A stretch of 63,999 bases of DNA, filler included, from Trypethelium eluteriae (taxonomy: Eukaryota), in the NCBI GenBank assembly GCA_051942245.1. It is 4 parts of 4 records of this genome, joined end to end, with 100 filler letters (N's around TTAATTAATTAA, not from the genome) between each part and the next. Parts side by side here need not be neighbours in the genome. Positions count along the whole stretch, not along the records: positions 33,057 to 49,433 come from JAVECL010000624.1; 3 more parts are not named here. One strand, given 5' to 3'. The number at the start of each line of letters is the position of its first letter. Positions within the stretch are counted from its first letter, which is position 1. The notes beneath the pieces were generated by a model. It ran no database searches, was not told the DNA's origin, and worked only from the letters and a program-made list of their open reading frames with translations. Shown here piece by piece: positions 36,323-49,533 of the stretch. The position numbers were made by a program, and so were the translations under genes.

Positions 36323-37261
36323 ATGGCACCCTCAAACTCCAACATCCGACGATGCCTGGTCACAGGCGCCACAGGGAATCAAGGCTCCGCAGTCATCAAT
36401 GCCCTTATCTCCAGCAATGCGACTATTCCTATACAGATTCTGGCTTTGACGCGAAACGTCGATTCTCCACAAGCCAAAGCTCTTGCTGCAAAATCGGATT
36501 CTGTCACCGTGATTAAAGGCGACCTGTCCGACTGCGACGCCATCTTTGCTCAATGCGGAGGGCCAGTTCAATCCGTGTTCAGTGTTCAAGTCAACGTCTT
36601 TGGCTCTCCACAAAAAAACCAAGAGGAGGTCCTTCTGGCAAAGTCGCTCATCGACGTCGCCATTTCGAACAAGGTCGAGCACTTTGTGCAGGCGAGTGGA
36701 GATCGTGGCGGACCGGAACGCAGCGAATGGGATGCGACAGGGGTGCCGCATTTCGCGACGAAGTTTCAGATTGAGAAATATCTACAAGAAAAGGCGACGG
36801 CGGCGGAGATGACGTGGACGGTACTGAGACCTGTCACGTTCATGGAGAACTACACCCCGGATTTCCACGGCCGTGGGTTCGCAGCTATGTGGCATGGCCT
36901 TGGGAATAAACCTCTCCAATTCGTGGCGGCAAAGGATATTGGTATCTTCGCTGCCCGGGCTATTCAGTCGCCCGAGGACCCTCGCTTTAGAAATAAGGCA
37001 GTCTCTATAGCGGGTGATGAGTTGACGCAGGACGAAGCCTGCAAAGTCTTTCAGAAGGTGTATGGGACGAAAATGCCAATGATCTTTCCGTTTGTAGGTA
37101 ACATCGTGCAATGGAAGATCCCGGAAGTCAAGGCAATGTTTGAATGGTTCAAAGAGATGGGATATTCTGCAAATATTGACGAATGCAAAAAGTTTAATGA
37201 AGGCATGCTGGATTTTGAGGCGTGGTTGAAGCAAGAGAGTGGTTTCAAAGGATGGTTTTAA
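36323..37261 (+). CDS. NmrA-like atypical SDR (NAD(P)-binding)
   Basis: LVTGATGNQGSAV, ILALTRN, VPHFATKFQIEKYL, WTVLRPVTFMEN, DIGIFAARA, SIAGDELT. Confidence 0.88.
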   Translation: MAPSNSNIRRCLVTGATGNQGSAVINALISSNATIPIQILALTRNVDSPQAKALAAKSDSVTVIKGDLSDCDAIFAQCGGPVQSVFSVQVNVFGSPQKNQEEVLLAKSLIDVAISNKVEHFVQASGDRGGPERSEWDATGVPHFATKFQIEKYLQEKATAAEMTWTVLRPVTFMENYTPDFHGRGFAAMWHGLGNKPLQFVAAKDIGIFAARAIQSPEDPRFRNKAVSIAGDELTQDEACKVFQKVYGTKMPMIFPFVGNIVQWKIPEVKAMFEWFKEMGYSANIDECKKFNEGMLDFEAWLKQESGFKGWF

Positions 37262-37381
37262 AATTGGATCCGTTACGTGCGTCTCCGTTAACTTTTTCTA
37301 CGATGAGAGGTATTTATGTCGCTTCTTCTATTACTGCACTGTACTGCTGAAATTTTCAACGGAGTTCAAGTATTGTCAATA

Positions 37382-38639
37382 TTACCATGCCTGGCAAGAT
37401 TCTCCACCCTGGTCAAGGTCAGCTAGCTCAGTAACATGAGGGCCAGTCCTGCAAATGGCAGAGCCGGTTGCGTTAATCTCTCCTAAAGGCCACTGCATCG
37501 AAATATCCCAGACAGACCCAAGACGATTTGCTATACTGCGAATCATTCTCTCAGGCCAGTCGTTCATGAACCATCTACGTGGTGCATGGTGGATAGGAAC
37601 ACACCAATGTGCTAGAACAATGAGTGCCATAGGATTATTCTGTTGCAGCAAAACGTGGAATGATTCTGGAATCAAGATTAACCATCGTATGAGAAAGTTC
37701 CAGTCTCGAGGGCGCGGCGAAACAATGGAAAAATAATAGCTGAGCTGGTTGATCGCCTCTTGACAAATCTTTCGTTCAGCCTCGGAAGTGACCATGGCTC
37801 GATTGCATTTCTCTAGATTTCGAAGCGCCGCGGCAGTACCCTCGCATAACGGGGAAGTGACCGGGTTTCTCTCTGGAACAATTTCCTTCAAGGTTGTCTC
37901 ATCAATTTGGGATCGGAAGGACCGGAAAAATCTCATTGTCATCCTTAGAACTTCGAGTGGCGCCAAAAAGCCTTTTATAGGATCGGAGAGAGTAACCTCT
38001 GACTTTGAGTTAATCCCTATAGATATGAGGAAAATGAGAATGCAAAATCCCAAAATCGCTTCGCTGTCTTCCGGCCGAACGACCCGGTAAGATGTGCGGA
38101 ACGAGTACAAGGCATCGTTGTAATATCTCAAAGCGTTTCCTTCATCAAATTCCCCTTCCGATGCTGCATGGAGTGCGGAAATGGCTAGCATACCATGCAT
38201 AAGGAATGGATACTTTTGTGCCAATAGTGGCATCTTGGTCTGCCAGATCTGCTGCACGCCCCGATTTAGAACACGGCACACAGTCAGGGAAGTTTTGAGT
38301 GTATAATGATGCATAAGCATCAGCTGCTCAACGTCCAGTCGGGTAGTCTGAGTACAGGGAGCCTCTTCGGGAACTGAAAAGATTGGCTTGGAAACTACAT
38401 CAAGTTTGGCATCCTTCCTGGGCACACCATTAGCCTTCTGTAAGGTAGGTATCAAGGGGGACTATCACTCACAGTACCTTTTGGCTAGAGAGTGACCACT
38501 CTGCGTAGTCGCAAACTAGACTACGTTTAGTGCAAGGTCCACAGCTTGGCGGTCTTTCGTCGCACTTTATCCTCTTTTTCTTGCACTGACCGCATCCTAG
38601 ACGTGACTTCGTGTGGGTTCGCTTCGAACTGCTGACCAT
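37382..38639 (-). CDS. Zn2Cys6 transcription factor (Upc2/Ecm22-like architecture); intron 38418-38472
   Basis: KRTHTKSRLGCGQCKKKRIKCDERPPSCGPCTKRSLVC. A phase-2 GTGAGT...CTAAT...CAG intron joins it to LMHHY, PFLMHGMLAISALH, PMALIVLAHW and MQWPL. Confidence 0.85.
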
Positions 38640-39610
38640 ATTCTCTGTGATCCAGTGATTGCAGTGACACTCCGTATTCGTAGCTTTGCACACTGTCGAA
38701 ATGACTGCTTGATCTTTGGCTGTTGCCTCGAACAGTCGAGAATATGCTGAATGCAACAAGCTAAAATGCTTCAGAATCTGTTGCCAGCTGCAACTAGCTC
38801 TAACAAGGAAACACCTGCAGATAGAACGACAACCACGGTACCGGAAATCGAAAGGTATACGGAGTATTCCGGACCCATTGCACTTCACGGCTTTGGGCCT
38901 TGTCACGGCGAACCTTGGAGACTCACTCCTACTTCTGAATAGTCAAGTGGATGGCAATTGGTAGATGGCTCAACAATATCTCTAGTGCAGAGCCCGTAGA
39001 ATAGAGTGTCGTTCTCGCACACTATGCCTTAAATGGTCTAGTGAGCGAGGACGAAATCTGGTGATCTATCGCCTTCCAGAGGCCGTCATGGAAGAGTCAC
39101 AAAGTCCATCTCGTCAAAGATCTCGGAAAGATTATGATGAGAGACTCCGTAATAGTTGCACTGTGTCTCCCTCTCACTCGTCTTCGATTAGAATACCTCT
39201 GGCATGTTGCATCAAGCCCTACTTTCCCCTTTTTACGGATATCAAGACGAGCCGATAGTCCACAATACCTTAGTCAGTAGCGAATGTAGGAAGACCAGAA
39301 GCATTGAGGGATCACGTTGTAATATACCTTCGTTCTTTGAATAGAGATTCCTTAATACGGTAAGTCCGGAATCTCGAAGTCTTCGGAACCCGGTACAAAG
39401 TTTTTCCGGCTCGAGGATTACTCTATGAATCGCTGCCATGAACGCGTCTACTTTTGCAAGAACTGGCAAAGGTTGCGGCTCCAGTCACCGTACATTTACC
39501 TTTCCAACTGCGCTTAGCGATTCGTTCTTGGATGTTGTCTCTCCGGAAGAATAATGCCAACACGAATATAAGATGTCACTCAGACTCGCTCAAATTCTGA
39601 GCCATGGGTA

Positions 39611-42600
39611 ATGGCTGAGACTATTCCACAAGATGCCACCAAGAAAGCGCGACCTTACAAAATCTGCACTTTATGGGTGCATGAAGAAAGCTTTTCACGT
39701 GGAGATGTCATTTTCAATGCTTCCAAGTTTGCGGAATGTGGCATAGAGACTGGATCTCTAGCTCGTATTGTTGCTGTCCAGGCTGCGACTGCAGTACGGG
39801 ATTTCCAAAGCACAACTACTCCAGTAAAGGAGAATGGAACCTCAGGTCAACGACGTAGCAGTACGTCAGGACTGTCTCAAGCCGCGCAGGATGTCTCTAG
39901 AGGAGCTGATGACCTCTTCATTGATGAGAATGGCGTCAAAGTTGAAGGCGGTCGTCGATTAGACGTAGAGCAATGTTACGTTTTCATGGCTGAAGACGCA
40001 TCGGCTGAGATGAAGACTAAAAGCCCGACATTGCATGTTTCGCTATCGTCTCACGTTGCAAATGTCTTTGGCTTCAGAAGGGGGATGCAGGTTGCGGTAT
40101 CATCCGTGAGTATACACTCGCGATTTGCATGACAGCTCTAGATTCTGTAGACGTTGACGTATTCATAGGCAGATGAAATGTCACACACGGCGTCTCACGT
40201 CGAAATTTCTTTTCGGGATGAATATCTTGCTCGTGCCGACATGTGGAGACTCACTCTAGCACTACTCGGAAACAAGACTGTATACAAAGGCCAGAAGTTG
40301 TTGTTCATAGGAACAATCAAGGCGACTGTGAAAAACATTTACGTCCGTGGCGAGAAGGTGCGATGCGCATTCTATTCCACAAACTCGAAGCCTGTTTTCA
40401 GGAGCGAATCAGCGCGGTATGTCATCTTCATCCAGATGTCTAAAGAGATGTGGGATTTTGATGCGGATGGATCTGGGGATCTCATGTTCAATCGCGTCAT
40501 CAACGGATTTTTACCTGATCTTTTGAAGCGCTGGGTTCAAATGCAAGCCCGACATCTGGTCAGCATCATACTCTTCACCCGCGTAGAATATGGCGCGACT
40601 ATTGCAGCACAAGGCAACCTACCCAACTTTCGCAAAGAGGGTAGACCCTCAAAAACAGGAATGCAATTTCAAGACTTCTACCGAGTAGTCGCCATGGAAA
40701 TGGACAGTGGAGAATGGCTTCGCATTTTGACAATGCTCAAGGCGGAGTTCAAGCACTTTCTGCAACAAGTCACCACAATGAAAGTCTCTGAGCAAATTGA
40801 CTGCGGTCATTCGGGAGACGCTACTTCCCACAAATCCAGGCTTATGCTTGCTGGAGAACCCACCTCCGCAATGCGAGGCAATATCCTCGAAGCAATCAAT
40901 ATGGCCGCCTCTCAATTCTCCCATGACTACATTGATCGAGATCTTGTCCGAACCGGCATATCTATTGTCATCGTAACTCCAGGCACCGGAGTGTACGAAG
41001 TTGATTACGATATGCTCAAGCTAACCACCGATACCCTCGTTGGAAATGGCATTGGAATAGACTTGGTCTGCTTGTCTAGAATGCCGTTACATTCTGTGCC
41101 TTTGTTCAAGTATCGCACTCCAGCCATCCTGTCCATGCTGACGTCGAGCCAAATGTCTCAAAATCCTTTCGAACCGGGTAGCACTCCTCGCCAGTCAGAG
41201 CCTCAAATCGGTAGTCTCACATCTAACGGATTCAATGGTTCACCATCCAAAAATTCCGTGCTGGGTTCGAGTCCGCAGCGCAATGTAGCAGGTAACATCC
41301 GTGCAGGCCTTTCTATTCCTCCTGGATCTTGGAGTTACGCCCTTCCACATTGGATTGATGTATCATTCTGGACGGGTTCTGCCGATCAGGACTTACTTTT
41401 ACGGAGACAGTCAAGCCGGGGTACGTCAAGGAACGGCAATCATATTGCACGGCAAGGCCATACATCTTTCCTTCCCCGATGCCGCATGTACGAGCTCCAG
41501 AATATGGGTGTCATGGAGAGCGAGATGAGCAATATCAGCATTCCATATTTGCAAGAAGAGGCCTTTGTGAAATATGCACGGAATTTGGGAGGAAACCTCA
41601 ATCCACTTAAAGGCACTCCAACGCCTCACGCCACAAGGGATCAGCTAGGAAGCCGGAATCGGCAGCTAGGGGTCTCAGCTGTCCGAGCGGAACTGGACGA
41701 CAAGCAAATCCGGAGGAATAGCCCGTCTCGAGGTAAAACCAGAGATTCGGCCGCTTTTCGCTGGATGGACGATTACGACGAGAATATTTTTCAATTCTCC
41801 GAGCGCAGGGAGAAGAACAAATCCTCCGCAACTCATTCTTCAAGTCATGTAGCAAAGGCGCCCGCAACAGAGCCAGACACAGACGCCCACATGAATGACT
41901 CTCCCGGCGGATACGGCCGCTCACCTGCGAGCCCGCATGGACCGAACAAGCCCACTTACTTCGACAGGCCGATGCAAAGGCATTCCAAGGAACTAGACAC
42001 TGATACCTCACGCAAGGAAGGCACTTCTAGCATCACTTTAAATCAAAGACCCTCACGATTATCGCGACAAATAAGCCTTGGTCCGAGGGGATTTGGACTA
42101 GCGCAAGCTTCCGCCAGTACAGGCTTGACTATTGACACCAATAAGGCAGACAAGGCAACGACCGTCACGCATGGATTTGCTCATGGGTCACCAGCAAGTC
42201 CACAGACTCCTAGATCGGTGTCACGTCAAATTCAAGCTTCACTGAGCCGTGAATATGTTCGTGGCTTGCTGGGATCTAGAGAAAACTCTCAGAAGAAGGA
42301 AAACAAAAACCCTTCAAAACCAATATCGATCCGGAGTGTGCAAGCGCATTCTGAACCTCGCAATCCAAGCACTACGGCTGAAACATCCGGCTCTAGCTCT
42401 CCGGTAAAGCAACGAAGCTCCACAGAAGGCATGGGCCCAATACAAGTCGTCTCAGCAGCAAATAGAGTAAAGCCCAGAATTACTTTGTCTACAAGTGGAG
42501 GTGAACGTGAGGTGCCAAATACGTTGTCGCCTGTCAGTGCGATGTCTCCTTGGCTCACCTTGTTGAACCCATCGAATCCGAGAAAGGAAAATATGAGCAT

Positions 42601-45070
42601 TGCAAGTCAATTTAGGAGATGGCAGCATGTCTTTCCCCGTCCAGTAAGAACATCTGCCATAAAATGGAAATCTCTTTGCTCGCCCGCAGCAGTACCCCTC
42701 ACTATGGAAAACTTTCCCAGTCTACACCAGCTGACGATAGAGTATCGCGAAAACCCCTATAAATTGACCCAGAATGATGATGATGACCTATTTGAGATAC
42801 CAAGAACACGACAAGCTCTAGTACGAGAACTCATCGCTTTCCGCCTGTCTCACGGGTTTCAACTTGTTGTTGGTGCTCAAGCTTCCGCCGCAGCAGGTCG
42901 GCCACCTTCGGAAACAGTGAACATTTTTGACCAAGAGTTCATGACAACTGATGGTTCCACCGTTTTCATGTCGTTGGGAAATACTATACATCAGCTTGTA
43001 TGCGCTGCCGGCGGTGAGATTGAGGTAAAGAGATTTCAGCGGAAGCCTACAACGGCAGTTGCGCCGTCTTTTCGTGATCGACAGGGCGAGTCGTATAAAC
43101 CTTTAATTCGAACGATGGTAGCAGAAGACTACGAAGCTCGAGAAATTTCGTTACGACGGCCTGAGCCAGAGCTTAACTGGAATTATGTCGACAATTTTTT
43201 GGCTGGGTGGTATGAAGACTTTTCCGATATTTTACGCTTTTGGCGAGCACGTTTCGTTCTGATCCCTGTGGAAATACCCTCACGACGGCCCCTCCCTCTG
43301 GTGAGCGAGGATTCAGAAGAAGAAATCAGGCTAGAGGGGATTAGAAAGTTGACACAGATGTGGCAAAAGCATCGATTCGTTCCCCTGGAAGAGAGGCGAT
43401 ATCAAGCGCCTCTACGGACTACGAAGGATGAGAATCCCCTCGCGATCGAATATCAGACACGAGATCCGTCAGCAGTCGTGGCTGCTGGTGTAGAGAATTC
43501 CTTGTTGATTGAATCTGATAGTATGGGAGCAGAGACTCAGCTATTCTCAGAACAGGACCTTTACCATCAATCCAATGTCGATTTGCAGAAACTAGCTCAG
43601 GATATTCAAAGCGAACGTGGAATTCCAGTCATGGATCGCAGATGGCATTTGAGGCTCCACTACAACTGTTTTGTAGGCTCTGACCTTGTCAGCTGGCTGC
43701 TGAAGTACTTCAAGGACGTTGAAACGCGTGACGACGCTGTCGAGCTGGGTAATAATCTCATGCAGAAGGGACTCTTTCAACACGTTCAGCAGAAGCATAC
43801 TTTTCGAGACGGAAACTTCTTTTTTCAGATTGCCACCGATTACAGACGTAGGGAATCAAGAGCCAGCTGGTTTGGTGGCCGAAGGACTGTCCCTTCGACA
43901 CCTAGCGTTGAGACGTCAAGAGGAACACCATTTGGTGATTATCCACGTGTCAAGACTCCTGCAGAGGATTCGCCTTCTGGCTCGGGAAACAAGACACCTA
44001 CTAAAGTATCGAGTACCAAGCCCAAAGTTGCTCTCAGTCGAGTCCTTCGCTTTGATGTGGATACTCGCAAACGATCCTATCGGCCGGAGATGATCAACTT
44101 ACACTACGATCGGCTTCACAATCCGGACAATTGTTATCATATCCGCATTGACTGGATGAATGTGACAGCGAAGCTGATTGAGGACACAATTGTAACTTGG
44201 GCAACGACGGCAGAACGATATGGCCTTAGACTTGTTGAGCTTCCCATAGCTGAGGCTTGCAGAGTATCTGAGACCCACCCGTTTCGCTCACCATACATCA
44301 TCGAGCTCGCGCTCCAGCCGCCAGAACCGCCTCTTTCGCAGAGTTTCGATGTGACTTCGTTTACACCACTGGGGAAGCCGGACAAATTCGCTTATCACAA
44401 AGCACTCCTCAAACATCTGGGCTTTGTGCTTGACATGGAGTCCAAAGACAGCTTTCCCTCGGATGTAGACGTTACATACTCCTGGGGTAAACCGGACTAT
44501 CAACTCACGCAGTACGTCCACAAGTCCGGCGTTGCTGTGGTGCAAATCACCGAGAAGGGCAACTTCCTACTACTAGCCAATCGGTTGTGCAACAATCGGG
44601 CGGCAGCGGGGAAGGAAGCCGGCAAGTACGACAAGGCGGACAACTCAGAGCGTAGGCCTACGACAGCGGCGCATGGTGTTGATCGAGGCTCCCCGTTTTC
44701 CTCGCCACTGGTGCGAGCTCTCTCAGATCATCCGCCGTTAGCCTTTGCCTTTGCCTTCAAAGGGAATCAGAAGGTCGACGTTACGGCGGAGCAGCTGAAA
44801 GAAGAGATAGAAAATCTCTGCTGTAGCACATCCCGACTGCGAGCTTTCTACGACGAGGCGCTTAAACCGAGCGCTTCCCCAAGCCCAGGCATCACCCCCA
44901 TTCTGGAACCGACGATACCTTCCTTGGGACTGCCGCCAAGCATTCTGGGCCGAGACGGCGCAGCGTCACCTGTGTCCAGACATGCTGCATCGACAGATGG
45001 TCTTAGTGTAGCCTCTAATGACAAAGAGGTTGCAAGTGGCGCGGAAACTTCGAATGGCAAGGATTCATAA
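39611..45070 (+). CDS. IML1: SEACIT/GATOR1 subunit Iml1 (DEPDC5); intron about 40106-40168
   Basis: SHVEISFRDEYLARADMW, FRSESARYVIFIQMSKEMWDFD, GNILEAIN...HDYIDRDLVRTG, SLCSPAAVPLT and DEP domain DRRWHLRLHYNCFVGSDLVSWL. Confidence 0.95.
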
Positions 45071-46179
45071 ATTAGAACCCCTTCCTGTGATGGTTACCAG
45101 CTTTCGTACTTTTGAGACTAGTGGGGATGAGAATCTGGGTAACACTGGTCGGCATGATTTATGTGCATAAACAATCCATCGTGTCGATGGAGGGTTATGG
45201 GAGCTGGGGCGTTTGGATCACTTGCGGAGGGTCAGGCGCGATCTGGAAAGTCATCAGGCGGAGATACCCGATCGTGTTTCGTTCTTGATAATGCGCAGTC
45301 TCACTGATTAGCTTGGAGACAATAGGCAGTGTTACTGCTTGATTTTTCCTGTAGAGATGCCGTACACTAAAGGACTGCTGGCACTTCGTCATCGAGATGC
45401 GGCAAGTACCTAGATTAGATTGCATGTCGATCAACTGACGTCTCAGTGCTTTGCCTTACCCGTACTGCTTTAGGCAACCACTTCAGTCAACAACCATCCT
45501 CACCATCCACGCGGAAGTGATGTGAGACACATTCTTTACGTACGCACCACTTCCTGTAAGCTCGACATGCGAGATGCTGCTACCTCTTTCGGCCTTAAGA
45601 TTTGGTGGCAGGGTAGTAGCATGGTGGAGGCAGGAGCGAGGCAGGAGCAGCGCAGGAGCAGCGCAGGCGCAGGGTGGTGTTTGTCGGCCGATGCGATCTG
45701 ATCCGCGCCCACCCTCACCCTGGTCGCTCTCTCACCGCCAGGCGCAATGATGGGATGATGGAACCTCCAGAACTTCCACATCACCCACCAGCCCTTCAAA
45801 AATCCCGCACCTTCCCAATCCTCGCTTCACCCTTTTCCGTCACGGAGCTCCTTTCGAATTGAGCTTCGTCTTCCGTACGCAATCGCATTTTCCCTTCGAC
45901 CGCACCTGCGACGAGCGTCGTAGTGCCGCCTCATTCCTCTTAGCCGCCTCGTCCTTACAGCCGACAACTGGTGCGCGCCGAGGCAAACCTCTCCCACTAC
46001 GCTCCTGTCTCTGGGGCTCGAGTTCGGAGAGCTACCCAAGCACCAGGAGCACCCAGAGCTCTCTTTCTAGCGATGCAACTGGGGTTCTACCATTCCTTGA
46101 CTGCTGACGCAGACGCAGTACTCAATCTGGCTTCACACGTTTCGAGCTACATGGCTGGAGATTGCCCATATCAATAACG

Positions 46180-49100
46180 ATGCTCGGACAGCTTTTCAGT
46201 TCTTGGAATCCTTCACGTCGACCGGCCTCCCAGCAAGCTCCGCCGCTTGAATCGGTCACTGAAGACACGCACACCCGTAACCTCCTCTTTCCTGACCCAA
46301 ATATCCTTTCCCAAGCACCTGGACAGGCATATCCTCTACAAACGACGCCTGATGGCCATAATGCTACAATTCTAGGCGCATACGATGGCAAGAAAGGAGA
46401 TTTTGATCTCGAGAGTGCTCGAGACGTTCGGATCATCATTGCTCAGGAGGAAGTCGGTCTGCAGCCAAAGTCAATCTTATTCGATTCGAAGCCCGCCCCC
46501 GCAATTTCCCTGACGCCTTCAGCCCCTTCGACTCCTGGACATGCGAGGAGGTCGTCGAGAGGCAGTGCCGTCTCCACATGGCATGATGGCGCAGACGCTC
46601 CTATTACGTCTCAACCTTCTGCGCTTTCCGGCCTGCGGCCTCGGGTCACTGTGCAAACTGCGCAGGTAGTCGGTATTGATTCAAGAAGGACTTCACTAAG
46701 TAGCGAACCTCCTTCTCCGAGCGCGTTTGGGGGGAGTGCATTCCAAAGGCCACGTCGACGGAATACATCCAATGCTTCTATGCCCAATATCGACGAAAAC
46801 GTCCAAGGTCGCTTGACTCGGGACTCGAATGATGAGTTGAAGACATGTTTGGATTGCATGTTCGGCTCCGCTGCTTTGAGCTACAAAGGCCCAACCACAA
46901 AGCTTCATGTGCTGCCGCTGGAAAATAGGTCAAACGACGGCTATCCGATATCTGGATCGGATGGGTTCAGTTCTTTTGGCCGATCCGAAGGCAGAAAACG
47001 GAGTCAATTGGCGAAGTCGTACACGGTTGGCAACACTACTGCGCTCGGGGAAGAGCTAGGCTTAAGCAAGTCGCGACTCAGTACGCGAGAGGGTCGTCGT
47101 CGGACAATACTCATTACACGCACGTTCTCCGTTCCGCTACCCAGCAGTGACGACGTCCCTGAGAGCATCCATGAGCAGGTCACACCAACGCCTCAGAACT
47201 CGTTGCCCAAAAGTGGAAACGGTTACCCTTTCCCACCCTCAGAATTCAGTGGTGCTTCTCCGCGCACTGGACAACGGCGCTCGAAACAGCGAAGGTCACC
47301 GATGTACGCCATCTCCGTCATCATGCAGTTGCCTACGAGTGCAGGTACAGCAAGCTCTTCTCTTAGGCCAAATCATTCCAGTGCTGGACGCCGACCGTCA
47401 AGCTCCCTGCGCGGATCCGATTCATTGGCCTCTTCCAGTGAGTCAGATGGACGTTCAGGATGGACTATCCTGGACCCTGTCTTTGACTTTGAGCAAATGA
47501 CGGCTAGTTTAACGACTAGCGATGCGGATGATGGGGTTGATTATGTAGTTCGTCATTGGGATGTGATTTCCCGGACGTTGACAAGCATGCAGTTCGTCAT
47601 CCAAGACAAGATAGAAATCTTGTTGAAAGCTGCAGAGGGGCCATCTTCTCCTGGGCCTTCAAGAGCTAGTTTTCAGGATGGTCAGCTTAGGACTGGACCA
47701 CGAAGGATTCATCCGCTACCTCAGAACGCTTTGGCTCTCGATGGGGATGTTAAAGTGCTCTCTGACAGGGCTCGAAAGAGGATCGTGCGTGGCATCGAAA
47801 TTCCAAGAGTGGTAACGGGCCAAGCACGGTGGGGCGTGTGGAGAGACGAAGCGCGTCAGGTCAGTAGATGGGCAGGAACTAAAGAGCAGAATTTTTTCTT
47901 TTTCAACCTCCTCACTGCTTTCCTTGGTACTCATACTGAATGGCTTGCCCTTTTGGGTCCTGCTTGGTATCGGAGACGACACCACGAACAGCAGAAGTCG
48001 GCGCTCAATGAAGATCAGACCATCTCCAGCCGGACTGTCGTCATTGCAAATAATAAAACGGTTGCAAGGAGGCTTATCTTCCTACTTTCTGCATTTCTAC
48101 CCTCATCGCTTGCATCTCGAGATATTGGCTTTTTGGGCCGGCCAAGCTCGTCCGCGTCATTTCGCGCCCAGTCTCAATCGCCTCCTGCAAATGCTACGGT
48201 CTTCAGGCAACCCTCACTACGCCGCACTATCAACAGACGAGGGAAGCCTACGAAAGGGAGCGTGCATGTCCAGGGTCGTGGGAGGGCAAACAGTCCGGCT
48301 CGTCACGATTTTGCTGACGACGGATCACGTCTGAAGGGACTGACTTCCAGCGCGTCTTCAAGACGATCGTCAGATGCTCAATCAATTCGTGCTTCTGGCT
48401 TGGCGATACCTTCGACAGACGGTGGACGCAAAAGCAGCGCTGCTACTGCATCAACCATCACACCCACTTCTGCACAGCCCGTAGCACATTTCACGCTCCC
48501 ACGTGCCTCCACTACATCGAATGTCGATCCCATGGACAGGCCAGACAGCAGCGATAGTCTGGTGTCGGTAAACCTGATGCAGACGCTGCGACGGAACAAC
48601 AGTGCCCAGACAAGCAACTACAGTAATGATTCGCAAACTCGTTGGGGTAGTCTAATGAGCAACTTCTGGAGCACGGGTAATCGTCGCGGATCGACTACGT
48701 CTACGAGCGAGCTTCCCTCTTCTGCGGAGGATGGGCTCGGAATTTCAGGCATGTCGGAGGGCCCGCATCATTATCGCAAATCGTCTGGTGGCAATAAGTT
48801 ACAACAGATGGTTCGAGAGGTGTCAACAGCAGATGGGGAGCTCTATGCAGAAGACCTTGAGGAACAGCAGCCTACTGATAACGATACTGCTCTTCCATCG
48901 CCCCTTCACCACCCCGATCATAACAAAAATAGTGCCACAACACCTGCGCAGGCTATCCCTGAGCGGTCCCCAATCAAGTCGCCTCTGAAACTGTCCGTTA
49001 ACGAGCGTGACGGGGTGATAGATGTCGACGTGGGTCTTTCAAGCTTTGGATCCCCAATGCAGTCACCACTTCTTGCAGGTTTTGCATCAACATCCAGCCT

Positions 49101-49433
49101 AGATGCATCTAGCTATGGGCACGCCTCTGTCTACTCCGGCCCACCCATCGATACCGATCAACCTGTCAATGTTGCCGGCTGGCTCAAGCACTTCCACGAA
49201 GACTTTGCATTACAGGCCGTACGTCCCTACGAGGATGTCGAGGCCGACATCAAGCGTGGCATGAGTTCCGAACCCACGCCCATAAACACCGCCTCAACCC
49301 CAGCTCTCGAGACCGGTCCTACCGATAAATGGGTCGACGTCTGCAGCACCCTCATCGCCGACACGCAGACCTTCTCGATCAAGCGTCTCCGTCTCCGCCG
49401 CTGCGTACGCCTCGTCCCCGCCCCGATCCAAGC
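46180..49433 (+). CDS. LST4: Folliculin-interacting protein (FNIP)/Lst4 homolog; 3' end lost at the gap
   Basis: LESVTEDTHTRNLLFPD, RDVRIIIAQ, CLDCMFGSAALSYKGPTTKLHV (longin/FNIP_N-like), RTVVIANNKTVARRLIFLLSAFLP (DENN-like) and NVAGWLKHFHEDFALQAV. Confidence 0.8.
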
Positions 49434-49533
49434 NNNNNNNNNNNNNNNNNNNNNNNNNNNNNNNNNNNNNNNNNNNNTTAATTAATTAANNNNNNNNNNN
49501 NNNNNNNNNNNNNNNNNNNNNNNNNNNNNNNNN
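49434..49533. other. Artificial contig spacer
   Basis: 44N-TTAATTAATTAA-44N. Confidence 0.97.

Noticed and set aside
45625..45675. Short GCAGGAGCAGC-type repeats upstream of LST4
   Set aside because: Only 2-3 degenerate copies of a low-complexity unit, with no spacer structure and no supportable function.
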